From Cladosporium halotolerans (lineage: Eukaryota), in NCBI RefSeq assembly GCF_011745625.1, contig NW_027191454.1:1240001-1280423 (forward strand): a DNA stretch of 40,423 nucleotides, given 5' to 3'. Positions 12,269 to 24,048 of the stretch are shown here, in pieces (the first letter of the stretch is position 1; every line of letters begins with the position of its first letter). The translations under genes were made by a program, and so were the position numbers. The notes beneath the pieces are model-generated. The model was given only the letters and a program-made list of their open reading frames with translations. It made no database searches and was not told the origin of the DNA.

Positions 12269-13326
12269 TCAAGACTCGAAGTCCGTGCTGGTCGTCACAT
12301 GCTCCCATTCATTGATTGACCCAAGCAACCTTTCAGTTTTGCCCTTGACGTCTTGCAAGGCATCACCGCCCAACAAGATGCGCAGAGGCGCTTCCTTCCC
12401 TTCCGCCACGCCCTCTCCACGCACGAAGTCTAGCACCACGTTCGCCAGTTTCGCAGGGTCGCCTTGCTGCTTGCCGCTCAGGTCTCGAAGGTAGTCACGC
12501 ACGAACCTTGACATTTCTGCATATTCCGGTACCTCCGAGATGTGGACGGGCGACTTGTCGCTGGACGAGATCTCGGTTCTGAATCGTCCGGGCTCGACCA
12601 AAAGAGTATGCAGGCCGAGAGGCGCCGTCTCTGCCGCTAGTGACTCCACCATTCCTGCACAGAGAGAGATCTGTTAGCCAAATTCCCAGGTCGTCGGCTT
12701 CCTCATAGTCGTTATTGAAGCGCCCCGATCGGTTCACGCAGTCGAGCGGCGGGGCGTCTCCCGTGAATGACTGCGACTGATCTTTCACTTACCTTCCAAT
12801 GCAAATTTGCTTCCTGCATACGCGCTTGTCATGGGATGCCCAACCAGCCCAGATAGCGATGAAACGAACACCATCCAACCGCTCCGCCGCTGTCGGAAAT
12901 GCGGCAGCAGCGCTCGCGTCACTCTGTGAGCGCCAAAGACATTCGTGTTGAAGCACGCGAACAGCATTTCGGGTCTGATTTAAAGTATTCATCAGCGTTC
13001 CTGAACAGCGTCAAATTCGCAAGAATCAGCACATACGAGATATCCTCCCACGTCCCGACTTGGCTGTAGCCAGCGTTATTCACCACAACATCAACTTTCC
13101 CCCACACAGCGATAGCCTGCTCGACAGCTTTCTCAATCTCGTCCTGTGGACTTGTGACATCGAGCGGTAGCACACGGACGCTGTCCGGGTTGTCGCATTG
13201 CAGGGATTCAAGCGAGGATGTGTTCCGGGATGTGGCGATGACTTTGTCGCCGCGCGCCAGCACGGCGGGGATGAAAGCGCGCCCGATCCCGGTCGATGTT
13301 CCTGTCACGAGCCAGACGAGGGACAT
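12269..13326 (-). CDS. Classical short-chain dehydrogenase/reductase, 3 exons (13326-13037, 12974-12793, 12654-12269)
   Basis: TGTSTGIG, VNNAG, YAGSK and EPGRFRT motifs; both introns are canonical and preserve the frame. Confidence 0.9.
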
Positions 13327-14053
13327 GATTGTGCAGATGAGAAGAAAGGCAGATTCATGCAGAACATGATTTGGAGGTTGTGAAGGGGTTTAATTGGTAT
13401 CATCGTTTTATTACTGGGTATTAAGATTTGGCTAGACGCGATAGTTGTGCGATACTTCCGGTGCGGAGCGAGGCGGGAGATTGGAATGAGAACTCGGCAT
13501 GCATAGAGAGGAACAGACTGGTGTGATTCTTTCATGGGCATGTTGTCAGATTGAAGGGTTCGATATCGTTCTCGTACTTCCAACGATAGCCTGGTGTATC
13601 GATTGTTGTTATCCTCGTTTCTTGTTCATGACGTGCCTGGTTGGTGTAATATGCGCCCTCGCTTGTTGACGCCTCGGACCGTTGCAGATCCGAGTGATGA
13701 CGCACGTTTTTCGGCTATCGACGACCGACGGCGTGGACAGTCCGAGCTATCTACACATCGCCCTCTCTCACTTATCGATGCATCGATACTGATGCCAGAC
13801 GATGCCTTGATGTGAGATAATGATGAAGTAAATTTTGGTCCATTTGTCTGTGGAGACTTGCAAGATATGACTGAGAATTGGGAGTCTCAAAGAAATCATG
13901 TGTAGTTGCTGTGACACTCTGTCGAGTCGGTATTTGACATTTCGTGGGTTTCAAGTCCCACGCTTCTGAGTTTACAGGTTACTAAAAGGCTATCATGAAC
14001 CTCTCTTATTTCTTTTCTTTTCTACAAAATACCTTTTCCCACTTGCTGTTGTA

Positions 14054-15511
14054 TTAAGCGGGAGTCAGAGCGGCCTTGAAATACTTGCTGGGCACAAACG
14101 GCATCTTCGTCACCGTCGCCTTCCTAGGCTTGCCACGGACCATGACCTGCAACTCCGTGCCTGCCTTGTGCTGCCCGTCTTTAACATAGCCCATGGCGAT
14201 GTTCTTGCCCAAAGTCGGGCTGGGACATCCTGATGTGATTTTACCAATGACATTCTTCTCCCCGTCCACGATCTCCGCTCCCTCACGTGCGGGCGCGCCT
14301 TCAACGACGAAGCCCACGCGACGACGAGTCACTCCCGCGCCGCCTTTGGAACGTGGCGTCAGCTGCGGCACGATCGTCTCGGCGCCGTTGAAGCCAGAGC
14401 CCTCCGTCGAGCGGCGGTTCTTAGGGATGATCCAGCTCAGCGCCGCTTCGACGGGCGTTGTGGTGTCATCCAGGTCATGGCCGTATAAACACATGCCGGC
14501 TTCAAGGCGCAGGGAGTCGCGGGCACCCAAGCCGGCGAAGCGGAGTCTGTCTTTGCCGGCAACCTCGAGCAGGTATTCGGTCACGGAGACGGTCTGCGAC
14601 GGGTGGATGGACAGCTCGAAGCCGTCCTCGCCTGTATAACCGCCGCGGGCCGCGACGATCGGTAGGCTTTCGCCGTCGGGCAAATTGAGCGTGATGTGGC
14701 GGCTCTCGCCGAAGTACCACTTGTCCAGGTTGACTTTGCAGGCAGGCGCAAGGGCAGATTTGAGGATGTCTTTGGAAAGAGGACCCTGCAGGGCGATGAG
14801 ACCGTAGGGCTTCGAGTCGGCTTGCAGGTGGCGAACGGTGACGACAGGGTTGACGGTGTTGTCCCAATTGCTGAGGGCATTGTTGATGAACTCGTGGTCC
14901 TTGGTGCGGCAGCCGGCGTTGGTCACGACGTAGAAAAGGTGCTTTGGGCCCTTCTCCAGGCGCGTCACAATGCAGTCGTCTACAATGCCGCCGGTGGTGG
15001 GGTGGAGCAGGGCGCTGAGAGTAGAGCTGCCTGGGTCGAGATCTTTGACGCCTGCGGGCGTGATGCTCTCGATGAAATCCTCAGCTCCGGGGCCTTCGAT
15101 GTGGTACTGAACCATATGGCCGACATCGAAGAGGGACGCTTTCTCACGAGTCCACTTGTGACTCTCGCCCACGCCAAGGTCGCTGTACTGCACGGGCATG
15201 CTGTAGCCGCCGAATGGCACCATCTTCGCGCCATGAGCAAGGTGCAGATCGTAGAGGTCAGTCTTTCCAAGGTTGCTGTCATCATAGAGAGTTGGCGCCG
15301 GCGTGATTTTGTTGCTCTCGTGGCGGATCTGCTGACGGAAGGGCAGGCCTGCGTTGGGGCGCTCCGGTGCCTTTGTAGCAGTGGGACGGCTTGCGCATAC
15401 CAACACAGAGCGTGAACTTGCAGTGACAATGCTCCTTCGGAAGTTATGGCACAACCGCGCCTCGCGTGCCAATGGCCTCAATGGCCGCATAGCTGTCCGA
15501 GAGACCGACAT
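14054..15511 (-). CDS. GCV1: Glycine cleavage system T protein (aminomethyltransferase), mitochondrial
   Basis: GAKMVPFGGYSMPVQY, SLFDVGHM, GYTGEDGFE, GLGARDSLRLEAGMCLYG and TSGCPSPTL motifs, plus an Arg-rich presequence. Confidence 0.95.
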   Translation of the reverse strand: MSVSRTAMRPLRPLAREARLCHNFRRSIVTASSRSVLVCASRPTATKAPERPNAGLPFRQQIRHESNKITPAPTLYDDSNLGKTDLYDLHLAHGAKMVPFGGYSMPVQYSDLGVGESHKWTREKASLFDVGHMVQYHIEGPGAEDFIESITPAGVKDLDPGSSTLSALLHPTTGGIVDDCIVTRLEKGPKHLFYVVTNAGCRTKDHEFINNALSNWDNTVNPVVTVRHLQADSKPYGLIALQGPLSKDILKSALAPACKVNLDKWYFGESRHITLNLPDGESLPIVAARGGYTGEDGFELSIHPSQTVSVTEYLLEVAGKDRLRFAGLGARDSLRLEAGMCLYGHDLDDTTTPVEAALSWIIPKNRRSTEGSGFNGAETIVPQLTPRSKGGAGVTRRRVGFVVEGAPAREGAEIVDGEKNVIGKITSGCPSPTLGKNIAMGYVKDGQHKAGTELQVMVRGKPRKATVTKMPFVPSKYFKAALTPA

Positions 15512-15911
15512 GGCTCCGTGCGGGAGTTGGTCAACGAAGCTGCAAAGGAACGCACTGCTCGTTGTGAGCTTGAGAGGTGAAAGTGTCAAGATTGGGAGGA
15601 TTTCTGATCAGCAAAATTACGAAAATCACAGAGAGATGCTGTGGTTGGTACAGGGCGCGAGTACATGTACAATGGGCGGCCTTGTGGAGCAAGCAACGGG
15701 CTGGCTCGAGCTTGCTCCCCACGTCACCCGGCTCCATCTGGCGCTGGCGCTGGACGACACAGCCCGTTCGAGGCAAGCTACGCCAGCCGGCCAGCCTGCA
15801 GCAGCCAGCTCCAGCACCAGCAGCACCGTCCCGCATACCGCAACCGCTCCGCCCACCACCAGCATCACCCGATCGCCACTCCTACACTCCCGTTCCCCCC
15901 TTGCCTCCGCC

Positions 15912-17215
15912 ATGCCGCCCCAGACGTACTATCTCGTCTCGTTGCCGGCCTCAATAGCTCCCTCAGGCGACGCTTCCGAAGCCCTCACCACCCTTCGCAG
16001 CGCCGTCACCAACGACAATGGCACCACATACCCTTTCAACATCCCTCACTTCAAGATCGGAACTCTAGATGCTCTCGTACAGCAGGCGGATGAGCTAGCG
16101 AGACTGGAGGGTGGGTGCAAGGGCGTGGTGGACAAGGTCGCAGACTCGCTGCGCACCTTGCTGGAAGGCGACGAGGACAAGATTCAGGAGCAGAAGGTCG
16201 TGAATGACAGTGAGTTTGGCCCGGGAATGACGCAGTATATCGAAAAATTCAAGCGCGGCTAACACAACAGCAGGACCTGTGGAAAACTACCTCCAATCCT
16301 TCCAATGGAACAAAGTCAAATACCGCGCCGACAAGCCCATCGCCGAGCTCCTCTCATCGCTCCAGTCCGAACTCTCCTCCGTCGACTCCGACGTCAAATC
16401 CAAATTCAACCAGTACAACAGCACAAAGACCAACCTCGCCAGCTTGCAGCGCAGCAAGACCGGCAACCTGTCGCAGAAGTCCCTCACCTCCATCGTCAAC
16501 CCGGAGTGGCTGCTTCAGCCCGATGCCTCCGAGTACCTCCAACAGCACTTGATCGCTGTTCCCGCGCAGCAGGTTAAGGAGTTCCTGCACACGTACGAGG
16601 GTCTCGCGCCCATGGTTGTCCCGCGTAGCGCCAGCCTGCTCGCGAAGGACGACGAGTTCCACCTTTACGCTGTAACAGTGTTCAAGAAGCACAGTGCGGA
16701 GTTTGTGCACAAGTGTCGCGAGAGCAGGTGGACGCCGAGGGAGTGGAAGTTCCACGAGGGCGGGCGCGAGGCGGAAGAGGAGGAGCTTAGGAAATTGGAG
16801 AAGGAGGAGAGGAAGGTTTGGGGTGAGGCGCTGAGACTAGGCAGGACGGGCTACAGTGATGCGGTCATGGCCTGGATGCACGTGCTGGCTCTGCGTGTGT
16901 TCGTCGAAACGGTGCTGCGTTATGGCCTGCCGCTGAACTTTGTTGCGGGTATTGTGAAGGTACGTCTGACTCGTTTGGTGGAAGATCTGAAGCAGCTGCT
17001 AACCAATGTCACAGACGGACGGCAAGCGCGCCAAGAAGGCAAAGGCGAATCTCGACGCGCGCTTCGGCGACCTGGGCGGCAATGCTGTCAACAGAGACAA
17101 GAAGGGCAAGCCGGTAAAGGACGACGCGAGCCTGCAGCAGGACATGGCTGGCGCAGGGCTCTCGACAGATACCGGCTTTGAGCCTTATGTGTTCTTTGAG
17201 TTCGAGATTGTTTAA
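15912..17215 (+). CDS. VMA5: V-type H+-ATPase V1 subunit C, 3 exons (15912-16209, 16274-16959, 17015-17215)
   Basis: FKIGTLDAL, FQWNKVKY, MVVPRS and LRVFVETVLRYGLP motifs. Introns 16210-16273 and 16960-17014. Confidence 0.93.
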
Positions 17216-17655
17216 GCGACCTGATAATATCTCGTGTGCATAGAGAAGCGAACTATTGTTTTTTCCATTGATGTTCGTCTGGAGGCTGACACGAGGCGGA
17301 GAGAAATCGCAAGAGGTGAAATAGAGAGCAGGAGGGAAGCTATACCCTTTGTATACGCGCAATCAAAAAGCGCCAGTCCAATTTGCAGGCCCTGTCCTTT
17401 TTCGGCACCTTTCAGTGGCCCGACAGGAGTTTGTGGGATTGGGCGTGATGGGAGCAGCTGTAAAGCAAGCCGGAAGTTGGGGTTACCTCAGGCGTTTACC
17501 TCACCCGGAAAGTCACCACGATCATTTTGCCTAGGTACTGAGACTCATTCTTAACGCGCGGCTGTTTATAGCGAGATACTTGGTACGTACTCGATCAATA
17601 TTTGTATACGTATGTTTACGCTGATAGTGAGCCCATAACTCTCCTCACATCTCAT

Positions 17656-19936
17656 CTAGATGTAGTCCCTCTCCGCAAAGCTGCGAATCATCCCCTCGGG
17701 CGTCGGCTCGTACTCTTTGAGTACCACATCATCCCCCTCAATCACAGTGTTGGCTTGCACGAAGACCTTCCTCGGCTTCGCCTGGCGCATGACCTCGGGC
17801 CTCAACTTGGTAGCATACCAGTCGTTGACGTTGGTGATCTCCTCGTACAGCGCCTTGCCTCGTTTGAGATCCGCCGTAGCCTTGTATACGTGCAGTTCCT
17901 GCAGGAACTTGTTGACTGCAGGGCGGCCGTGAGATGCGATCTTCGAGCGGTCGAGCGAGATAGTAAGATCTGATAGATCGTCTTTGGTGTATTCCAGCTT
18001 GCAGAAGTCCCCGCCGGCGCGCAGGAAAACTTGCAGGATGGCGAAACGAGCTTGCATGTGCGCCTGACCGTGGCGACGCGAGGCAGGATCCCAGAATTGA
18101 AGAGATGCAACTCCGGCACGTGCCATTTGCAGGTAGCAGACGTATAGGATGTCGCCTGCTGCGCCGTGGATATCTTCTTTGCCGTCGCCGTAGCCAAAGA
18201 TTTTCAAGATCTCGAAATCGGGGCACAGGCTCATGGCGACAGATTCCGCACGGCACTCCTCGTAAGTTGGTCCAAGAGCTCCAAAGACTGAGCCCCAGGT
18301 CTCGCCGGGCTTGTACCAGCTACTGATGGGCTTGTTGTCGATCGGGCTTATCGGTGGGTTCTTGACGTCGAAGTTGTACTCTCCCGGCGAGGTTTCTTGA
18401 AGCAGCTTGCCGCAGCCATGGCCGAGAAGTTCGTGGAGACCGACTTGAACCTCGAAGGCTTCGTCCTTGCATCTGTCGTACACGTCTTGGTCGGAATCCT
18501 TGATGAAGGGCACGGGTTCTTTCGGCGCTGCTGCGCTGAGAACATTACCGAGCGACACGTTCTTGAAGCCAAAAGTCTGTCTGATATCGTCGTAGTTCGG
18601 AATGTTGATGCCTGCGGGAATGCCCGAGCCAGCGAAAGTTATGACTTCGAGGGACGTAAAGTCAGGGCTGAGGAACGTATCCTTCTCGAATTCTTTGCTC
18701 CAGGGCAGCTTGGGGATCTGAGCGGGAGCAGCTTCGACGAGCTTGCCGAATGCCTTGGTCCTCTCCTTGTTCACGCAAGCGGCAAAGCCCTCCCATTCTC
18801 CTCTGATACCATGGGGGTCGCGGTACGTTTCGATGAAGCCAATGTTGCTCTCAACCGCGGGACCGAGGTCCTTGACCCAGTGACGTTGCGACTTCTTGTG
18901 AGCCTCCATCGAGCCGTCGTGGAAAGATTTAATGTACTCGGCGTGCATGCCGTCCTGCTCGGCAGTAGCAGCGTACTTCTTGGCTTCGGTGAGGTTGCGC
19001 GCGATCTTTGCCATCTCGATCGCATAGTCGCCGAATACCAGACGCAGCTTCTTCCCTTCGAGAGGACCGGAGAGAGTCCACTCGGACTCCTTGATATCGC
19101 GGATGGTGGGGTCGGTGACAGCCGAGGCGATCAGGACCTCAAAGTTACCAGAGGACGTCTTACGCACGCGTGTGTTCTCAGGCAGGAGTCCTTTCTCCTT
19201 CAAGAAGTCGGCGGTTTGAGTAATCTCGGCGGTGGTAATGTTTGGCGAGTCGGGGTAGTATGTCGAAACGTGGCCTTGCTCCGGGTAGCCAAGGTGCATG
19301 CGAGCAATGCTGGATTCATACAGCTCATCCTTGAAAGACTGGTATAGCTTCTCTGCATTGGGGCTGACTTTTGCAAGCTTGGCAAAACTCTCCTGGGGAA
19401 TACGGGGGATGATCTTGCTGTCACCGAAGGAGCGGAAGTTGCCAGTGTTGCCGAGGAATTGGGCGGCGTAGTTCAGGAAGTGCTTGAGGTCTTCATCGGA
19501 GATGCCGGCCTTGGACTGGACTTGTTTCCAGTCACCTAAAACTTCTAATTAGCATTCGAGTTCTAAGTCTAGGGACAGCTATTAATGATTTACCGTTGTA
19601 AGCCTGGTGGAGCTCGATCAGGAAGTCATAGATTGACTCGCTCTCTGCGCTCACTTGGCGCAAGTTGATTCTGGTACCGGCAAGTGCCGCACGGCTGATG
19701 TAGTGAGCATACTTCTTCTGTTTGGTGTCCAGGGCATCGAAATGCGGCTTGACAGCCAGAGGGACAACAGTGGGAGGGTCGTCGGCGAGGTACTGCTTCA
19801 ACGTCGACGGGTCCATTTCATTTTGGTGCATTCTGGAAGTGGTATGCGTGAACAGTCTAGGAAAATTGCGAGGAGGCGATCTTGGTGTTCGGAGTGTTCG
19901 CCCGATGACGGAGGGTAAACGGAGACGTGGTGGCAT
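17656..19936 (-). CDS. DPP3: Dipeptidyl peptidase III (peptidase M49), 2 exons (19936-19594, 19535-17656)
   Basis: Zinc motif HELLGH, EECRAE, GFIETYRDP and GINIPNY. Intron 19536-19593 preserves the frame (GN..SFGD..K IIPR). Confidence 0.93.
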
Positions 19937-20679
19937 GTGTGGATTCCTGAGGGTCTGCTGTCTCGTGAGCTGTTGTCATGCAGCTTGCGCCTCGCCTCAA
20001 GCTGCCCGCTGTGGCGTTGGCCGCTGCACAGATCTACGCGGGACTTTCGGGGGTCCGCTCGTGTTTCTTGCATTCATCATCACTTGACAGTCAACACTTA
20101 ATCACAAAAATCCATTCTGCCTCGGATCCGGGATCAGTGACTATCAAGGAGAATGTTACAATAGTTGCAAAAACGTCAGGAAAAAGCCATGATCCTGATT
20201 TTGGAGAGTACCTCATCACCTGGGAATCGAAGCAATGTCTCCGCCGATTTGCCTTGAACGCTGGTCGTACCGTCGCCCATCACCTCACAGTGCACTTGCA
20301 CTCCGCCGAGATGTCACTACCTCATTCTGCTCCAAGATTTGGGGTATAATTTGACGCCTTCCTGTACGAACAAATTATGATTGGACCAGGAAACAGTTGC
20401 GATCATGACACGACCAGATAATGTATCCCGAATGCTTTTGGATTCTGACATGTTACATGATCGTACGAAGCGTAGCCCGCGCAGCCGCGATCTCTCGTGG
20501 CCGACGACACGGCAGTATTAACTGTTTGAGAAGAAGAAAAGTGGATGACGAAAAAGGCTTTGAAGCCAAGCGAAGGGGAAGAAGAGAGCGCTCGAAAAAC
20601 TGCAAATGTCCCATGTCCAAAATAATCCAACCCTTTGTCGTCGTTCGCTATCGTTATGTTGCGCTGCATTCGCACCTTC

Positions 20680-21361
20680 TTACAGGAGAGCGGCGACGAG
20701 AGCGCCGAAGCCAAGGACGCCGGCAGAGGCGAGCTTGATGTTGCCTGCGGCGGAGTCGGCGGTTTCGCTGCTGGAGGCAGAGTCGCTGGTGCTGGAGGCG
20801 GAGGACTCGGAGTCGCTGCCGGAGGTGGAGGAGGAGCTGGAGTCGTCGGAGGAGTCAGACGAGTCGGACGAGTCGGTGGAGGAAGCACCGGAGCCCGTTG
20901 CGGTGCCGCTGCCACTAGCGCCAGAGACGATAGTTGCGCCGGCCGGGGAGTCGACGACGACGGTCGTGGAGCTGCCGACAGAGACCTCGAAGGAAGTCAG
21001 GGAGCGCGAGATGTTGATCGCGATGTGAGTGACACCCTCAGGGAGACCTGCGGGGATGGTGGCGACGGAAGGCTGGGCGGTGACGGCAGGAGGGAGAGCG
21101 GACTGAGCGGTCTCAACGGCGGGCATGCCGGTGATGACGCCGTCGCTGTTGGTCATGGTGAGGTAGGAGGTGAGGCCGTTGGAGTAGGGCACGGTCGTCT
21201 GGAGGGTGGTGCTGCCGCTGGAGATCTCAACCTGAATTGAGTGGTTAGCGCAAGGCTCAGAACATCAATTGGCGGGAAAGACGTACGGTGGTGTTGGCAT
21301 CGCTGCTCTGAGCGTAAGCGGCGGCCACGAAGGGCGCGGCGAAGAGGATGGAGGAGCGCAT
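20680..21361 (-). CDS. Secreted Ser/Thr-rich, probably GPI-anchored cell-wall protein, 2 exons (21361-21287, 21231-20680)
   Basis: Signal peptide MRSSILFAAPFVAAAYA, a YLTMTNSDGVITGMP segment, an S/D-rich stalk and a hydrophobic tail AGVLGFGALVAALL. Intron is GTACGT..CTAAC..CAG. Confidence 0.8.
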
Positions 21362-23198
21362 GTTGACGTTGTGAGGTTTGTTTGGGTGTTGTTGACTAAG
21401 ACTGTTGCGTCGAAAGATGTACTTGGACAGCGGCGTATGTACAATCGATGGGTGGTATTGTTGGGTGCGACAGAGTCAATGGAACAAGAAGAGCGCAAGA
21501 ATCGCGAGGGCGCAGGAAGGAGTTTATAACGGAGGGCGTGGCGGCAGGAGCGCGAATGCTGCTCCCATCTCTCGTTAGACGAACGAGCCGCAAGTGTCTA
21601 GCGCGCCACGCTAAGCGCATCCCGGCCCTGGCAACGCGAAACCTGGGCCACTACCGGCCACCTGCGGGGAGGCAAACCCGCCCACTGTATTTTCCATGTC
21701 GCCATGCGGATTGTCGTGCGCGGGAACTGTGCAGCATCCTGTTTGTGCGCGCGCGAGAGCGTGCGGGTGGAGCCTCACTGGTTGCTTCTTCACCATCCCG
21801 AACAACGGACATGGGGCGCTGTCGTGCGCAAGGCGAGCCGCGAGAACCATCGCTGCGGCCGCGTCACCCATAGGTACACACCCAGGCCCAGCTTCAGACC
21901 TGCGTGTAAATATAGACGCAAAGTCTGGCGAGGCTTGATGCTCTGCCCGGCGTGACAAGGCGGCCGCAATCCAGGCGTGGTCAAACAGAGCTCGGTTCAG
22001 CGATGGGCAGACCATGATCGACTTGCCTCGAGCGCGATGGACGTCTCGCACTGTTCACCGGCCCTCACCCTCTTCCTCTCCAGACTCGTCCACAATTTCT
22101 CCAGCTCGCTCGTCGCCGCGCCGAGGCGGGTGGCGCCTAGCGCAGATTGAATCCAGGGCTGGCCGCTGCATGCTCGATTCGTGCCGGCCACCGCGCGTGT
22201 CGTGTCGTGCAGCAGCGCGCGCGTTGGCACGGCAAAGAGCCCCAACGCATGCGCCTGTCAACTGTGTGCCGTTGTTGCTGCTCTATATGAAGTGAGAGTA
22301 CCAGCAGTAGGCCAACCTTCGGGAGTATTGCAAGGGGACACTCAACCATGCCCTCCCGTCTGTCGCTCTGATGAGCAGACAGACCCTGGCTGTTTCTCAT
22401 CAATCGCCGGCTCACTCCAAAGCGTCGCGCGCACGTCCCTCTCCCTCCGGAGCCCTCAGCCGTGATGACCGTCTCACAAAACTGTTGCCAACGCTGACCA
22501 TGCCATCCGCCGGCTTGAGAACGTGCCTGTCGCACTCTCTTGGCGCTTGCGCATGTGGGCCGAACGGGCGACCAACGTCGCAATCGCCTCCAAACCTCAG
22601 GCCGCAAGACGAAGCTCACGTTCTCTTCGGCTTTCCATAAGCGGAAAAGCTGCCATCAGCATGATCAGGCGCAGTAGACCTTCCAGGCAGGCAGGTGTCG
22701 CTTCTCCGTACATGGGCGATAGGTGTGCCACTATGGGTAAGATGTCATACTTTCTGAAAGAAAGGCTATCGATACTCTCTCTGGTCGCCTCACGTCTGGG
22801 CTGCTCTGGTACGTGCACTCGTACGAGAGGCTGACTTGGGAACATGGATTGGTCCTTGAATTGATCCTCAGTTCCGTCACTTTGGTAGTCGGCGCCCAGC
22901 GTACGCAAATGTCTGGGGAATCGGTACATCCTGACAACTCGCGAATGGCACTTAAAAAAACGCCCTTTTCTGCGCATGGATAACGTTGCCTCAAAGATCA
23001 CTGGCCATGATTTCTGGGGCTGCGCGCAACAAAAAGTCGTATCGACATCGTCCAATATACAATTACTACTTCTTTCTGCCTTTGGTACGAAGTCCTGTTC
23101 GCCTCCCGATTGTACTGCAGATCACGATCAAAGCACCTTCGATTTCCTCACAGAACCTCTCTTCGGATTGCCTAGGATACCTTACACCATGCGGCCGC

Positions 23199-23930
23199 TT
23201 AGTTGCCGCCCTGGAGCTGCTTCAGCGCGAACTTGGCGCCCATCTGCTGGACGTTGGAGTTGGTCGGGTAAGCCAGGTGCTGAGCGTTGATGCCGAAGCC
23301 GTGGGTGGTGTCGCAGACGCCGTCGCCCTGGAAAGTCGTGTTAGTAATGTTTTCCGTGGCTGTTGTTGGGCGGAGCCGTCTCACATAGTTGCAGACATCA
23401 AGAGTCTTGGAGACCCAGTTGTCCGGGATGCCGCCGAGGGTGGCGGACAGGCCGTTGACGTTCTTGGTGGTGTCGCCGCCGTTGGTGTCGACGTTGCAGG
23501 CCTTGCCAGAGCGGTGCTCCGGGTTGCCGATAAGGAAGACGCCCTTGACGGCGTCGAAGGAGGCGCCGGTCAGCTTGGGCAGGGCGTTGGTGGTGGCGGC
23601 AGCACCCTGGGAGTAGCCCTCCAGGATGAAGCACTCGTCCGGGTTGGACTGCAGGGTGGACTGCACGTGGTCGACGATGTCGTTCGTGCCTTCAGTGGAG
23701 ATCTGGCTGAAGTCGGCAGGGTACATGGTGTTGTAGACCTTGCCACCGGACATCTGCTGCTGGATCTGGGAGTTCATGGTGCGGAAGCCGGCCGACGGGC
23801 CCTGCAGCTCGCCGGTACCACGGGTGTCGATGATAGTGTAGCTGGAGCAGGCGGACTGCCTCTCGATGGCGGCGCCGGAGACGGCGGTACCTGCGGCCAG
23901 CGCAAGGGCGAGGTTCTGAATCTGGACCAT
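23199..23930 (-). CDS. Secreted cutinase-family (CE5) esterase, yeast CLE type, 2 exons (23930-23385, 23327-23199)
   Basis: Signal peptide, TRGTGE, nucleophile GYSQG, LIGNP, DVCNY|GDGVC and the catalytic His in AQHLAY. The 57-nt intron carries a TACTAAC branch site. Confidence 0.92.
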   Translation of the reverse strand: MVQIQNLALALAAGTAVSGAAIERQSACSSYTIIDTRGTGELQGPSAGFRTMNSQIQQQMSGGKVYNTMYPADFSQISTEGTNDIVDHVQSTLQSNPDECFILEGYSQGAAATTNALPKLTGASFDAVKGVFLIGNPEHRSGKACNVDTNGGDTTKNVNGLSATLGGIPDNWVSKTLDVCNYVRRLRPTTATENITNTTFQGDGVCDTTHGFGINAQHLAYPTNSNVQQMGAKFALKQLQGGN

Positions 23931-24042
23931 GGTGGCTGATTGATCGATTGAGGAGAAAGCGAGTGAGAAGCTGGTATCAAGGGGAGAACTGAGGCGATGG
24001 ATGCAAAGCTGTCCGACCCATCTAGGGCGAATGTCTCACTAC

Positions 24043-24048
24043 TTTATA
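24043..24048 (-). promoter_or_regulatory. TATA box of the cutinase gene
   Basis: TATAAA on the minus strand ~115 bp upstream of the ATG. Confidence 0.5.

Noticed and set aside
15354..15911. Long upstream extension of the VMA5 ORF
   Set aside because: It has a non-ATG start and overlaps GCV1; similarity to subunit C begins at ATG 15912.
20760..20890. GAGTCG-type short repeats
   Set aside because: These are codon repeats of the Ser/Asp-rich stalk, not a CRISPR or satellite array.
22597..23055. 152-aa minus-strand ORF downstream of the cutinase
   Set aside because: It has a non-ATG start and no recognisable family or codon bias; a gene relic cannot be excluded or supported.
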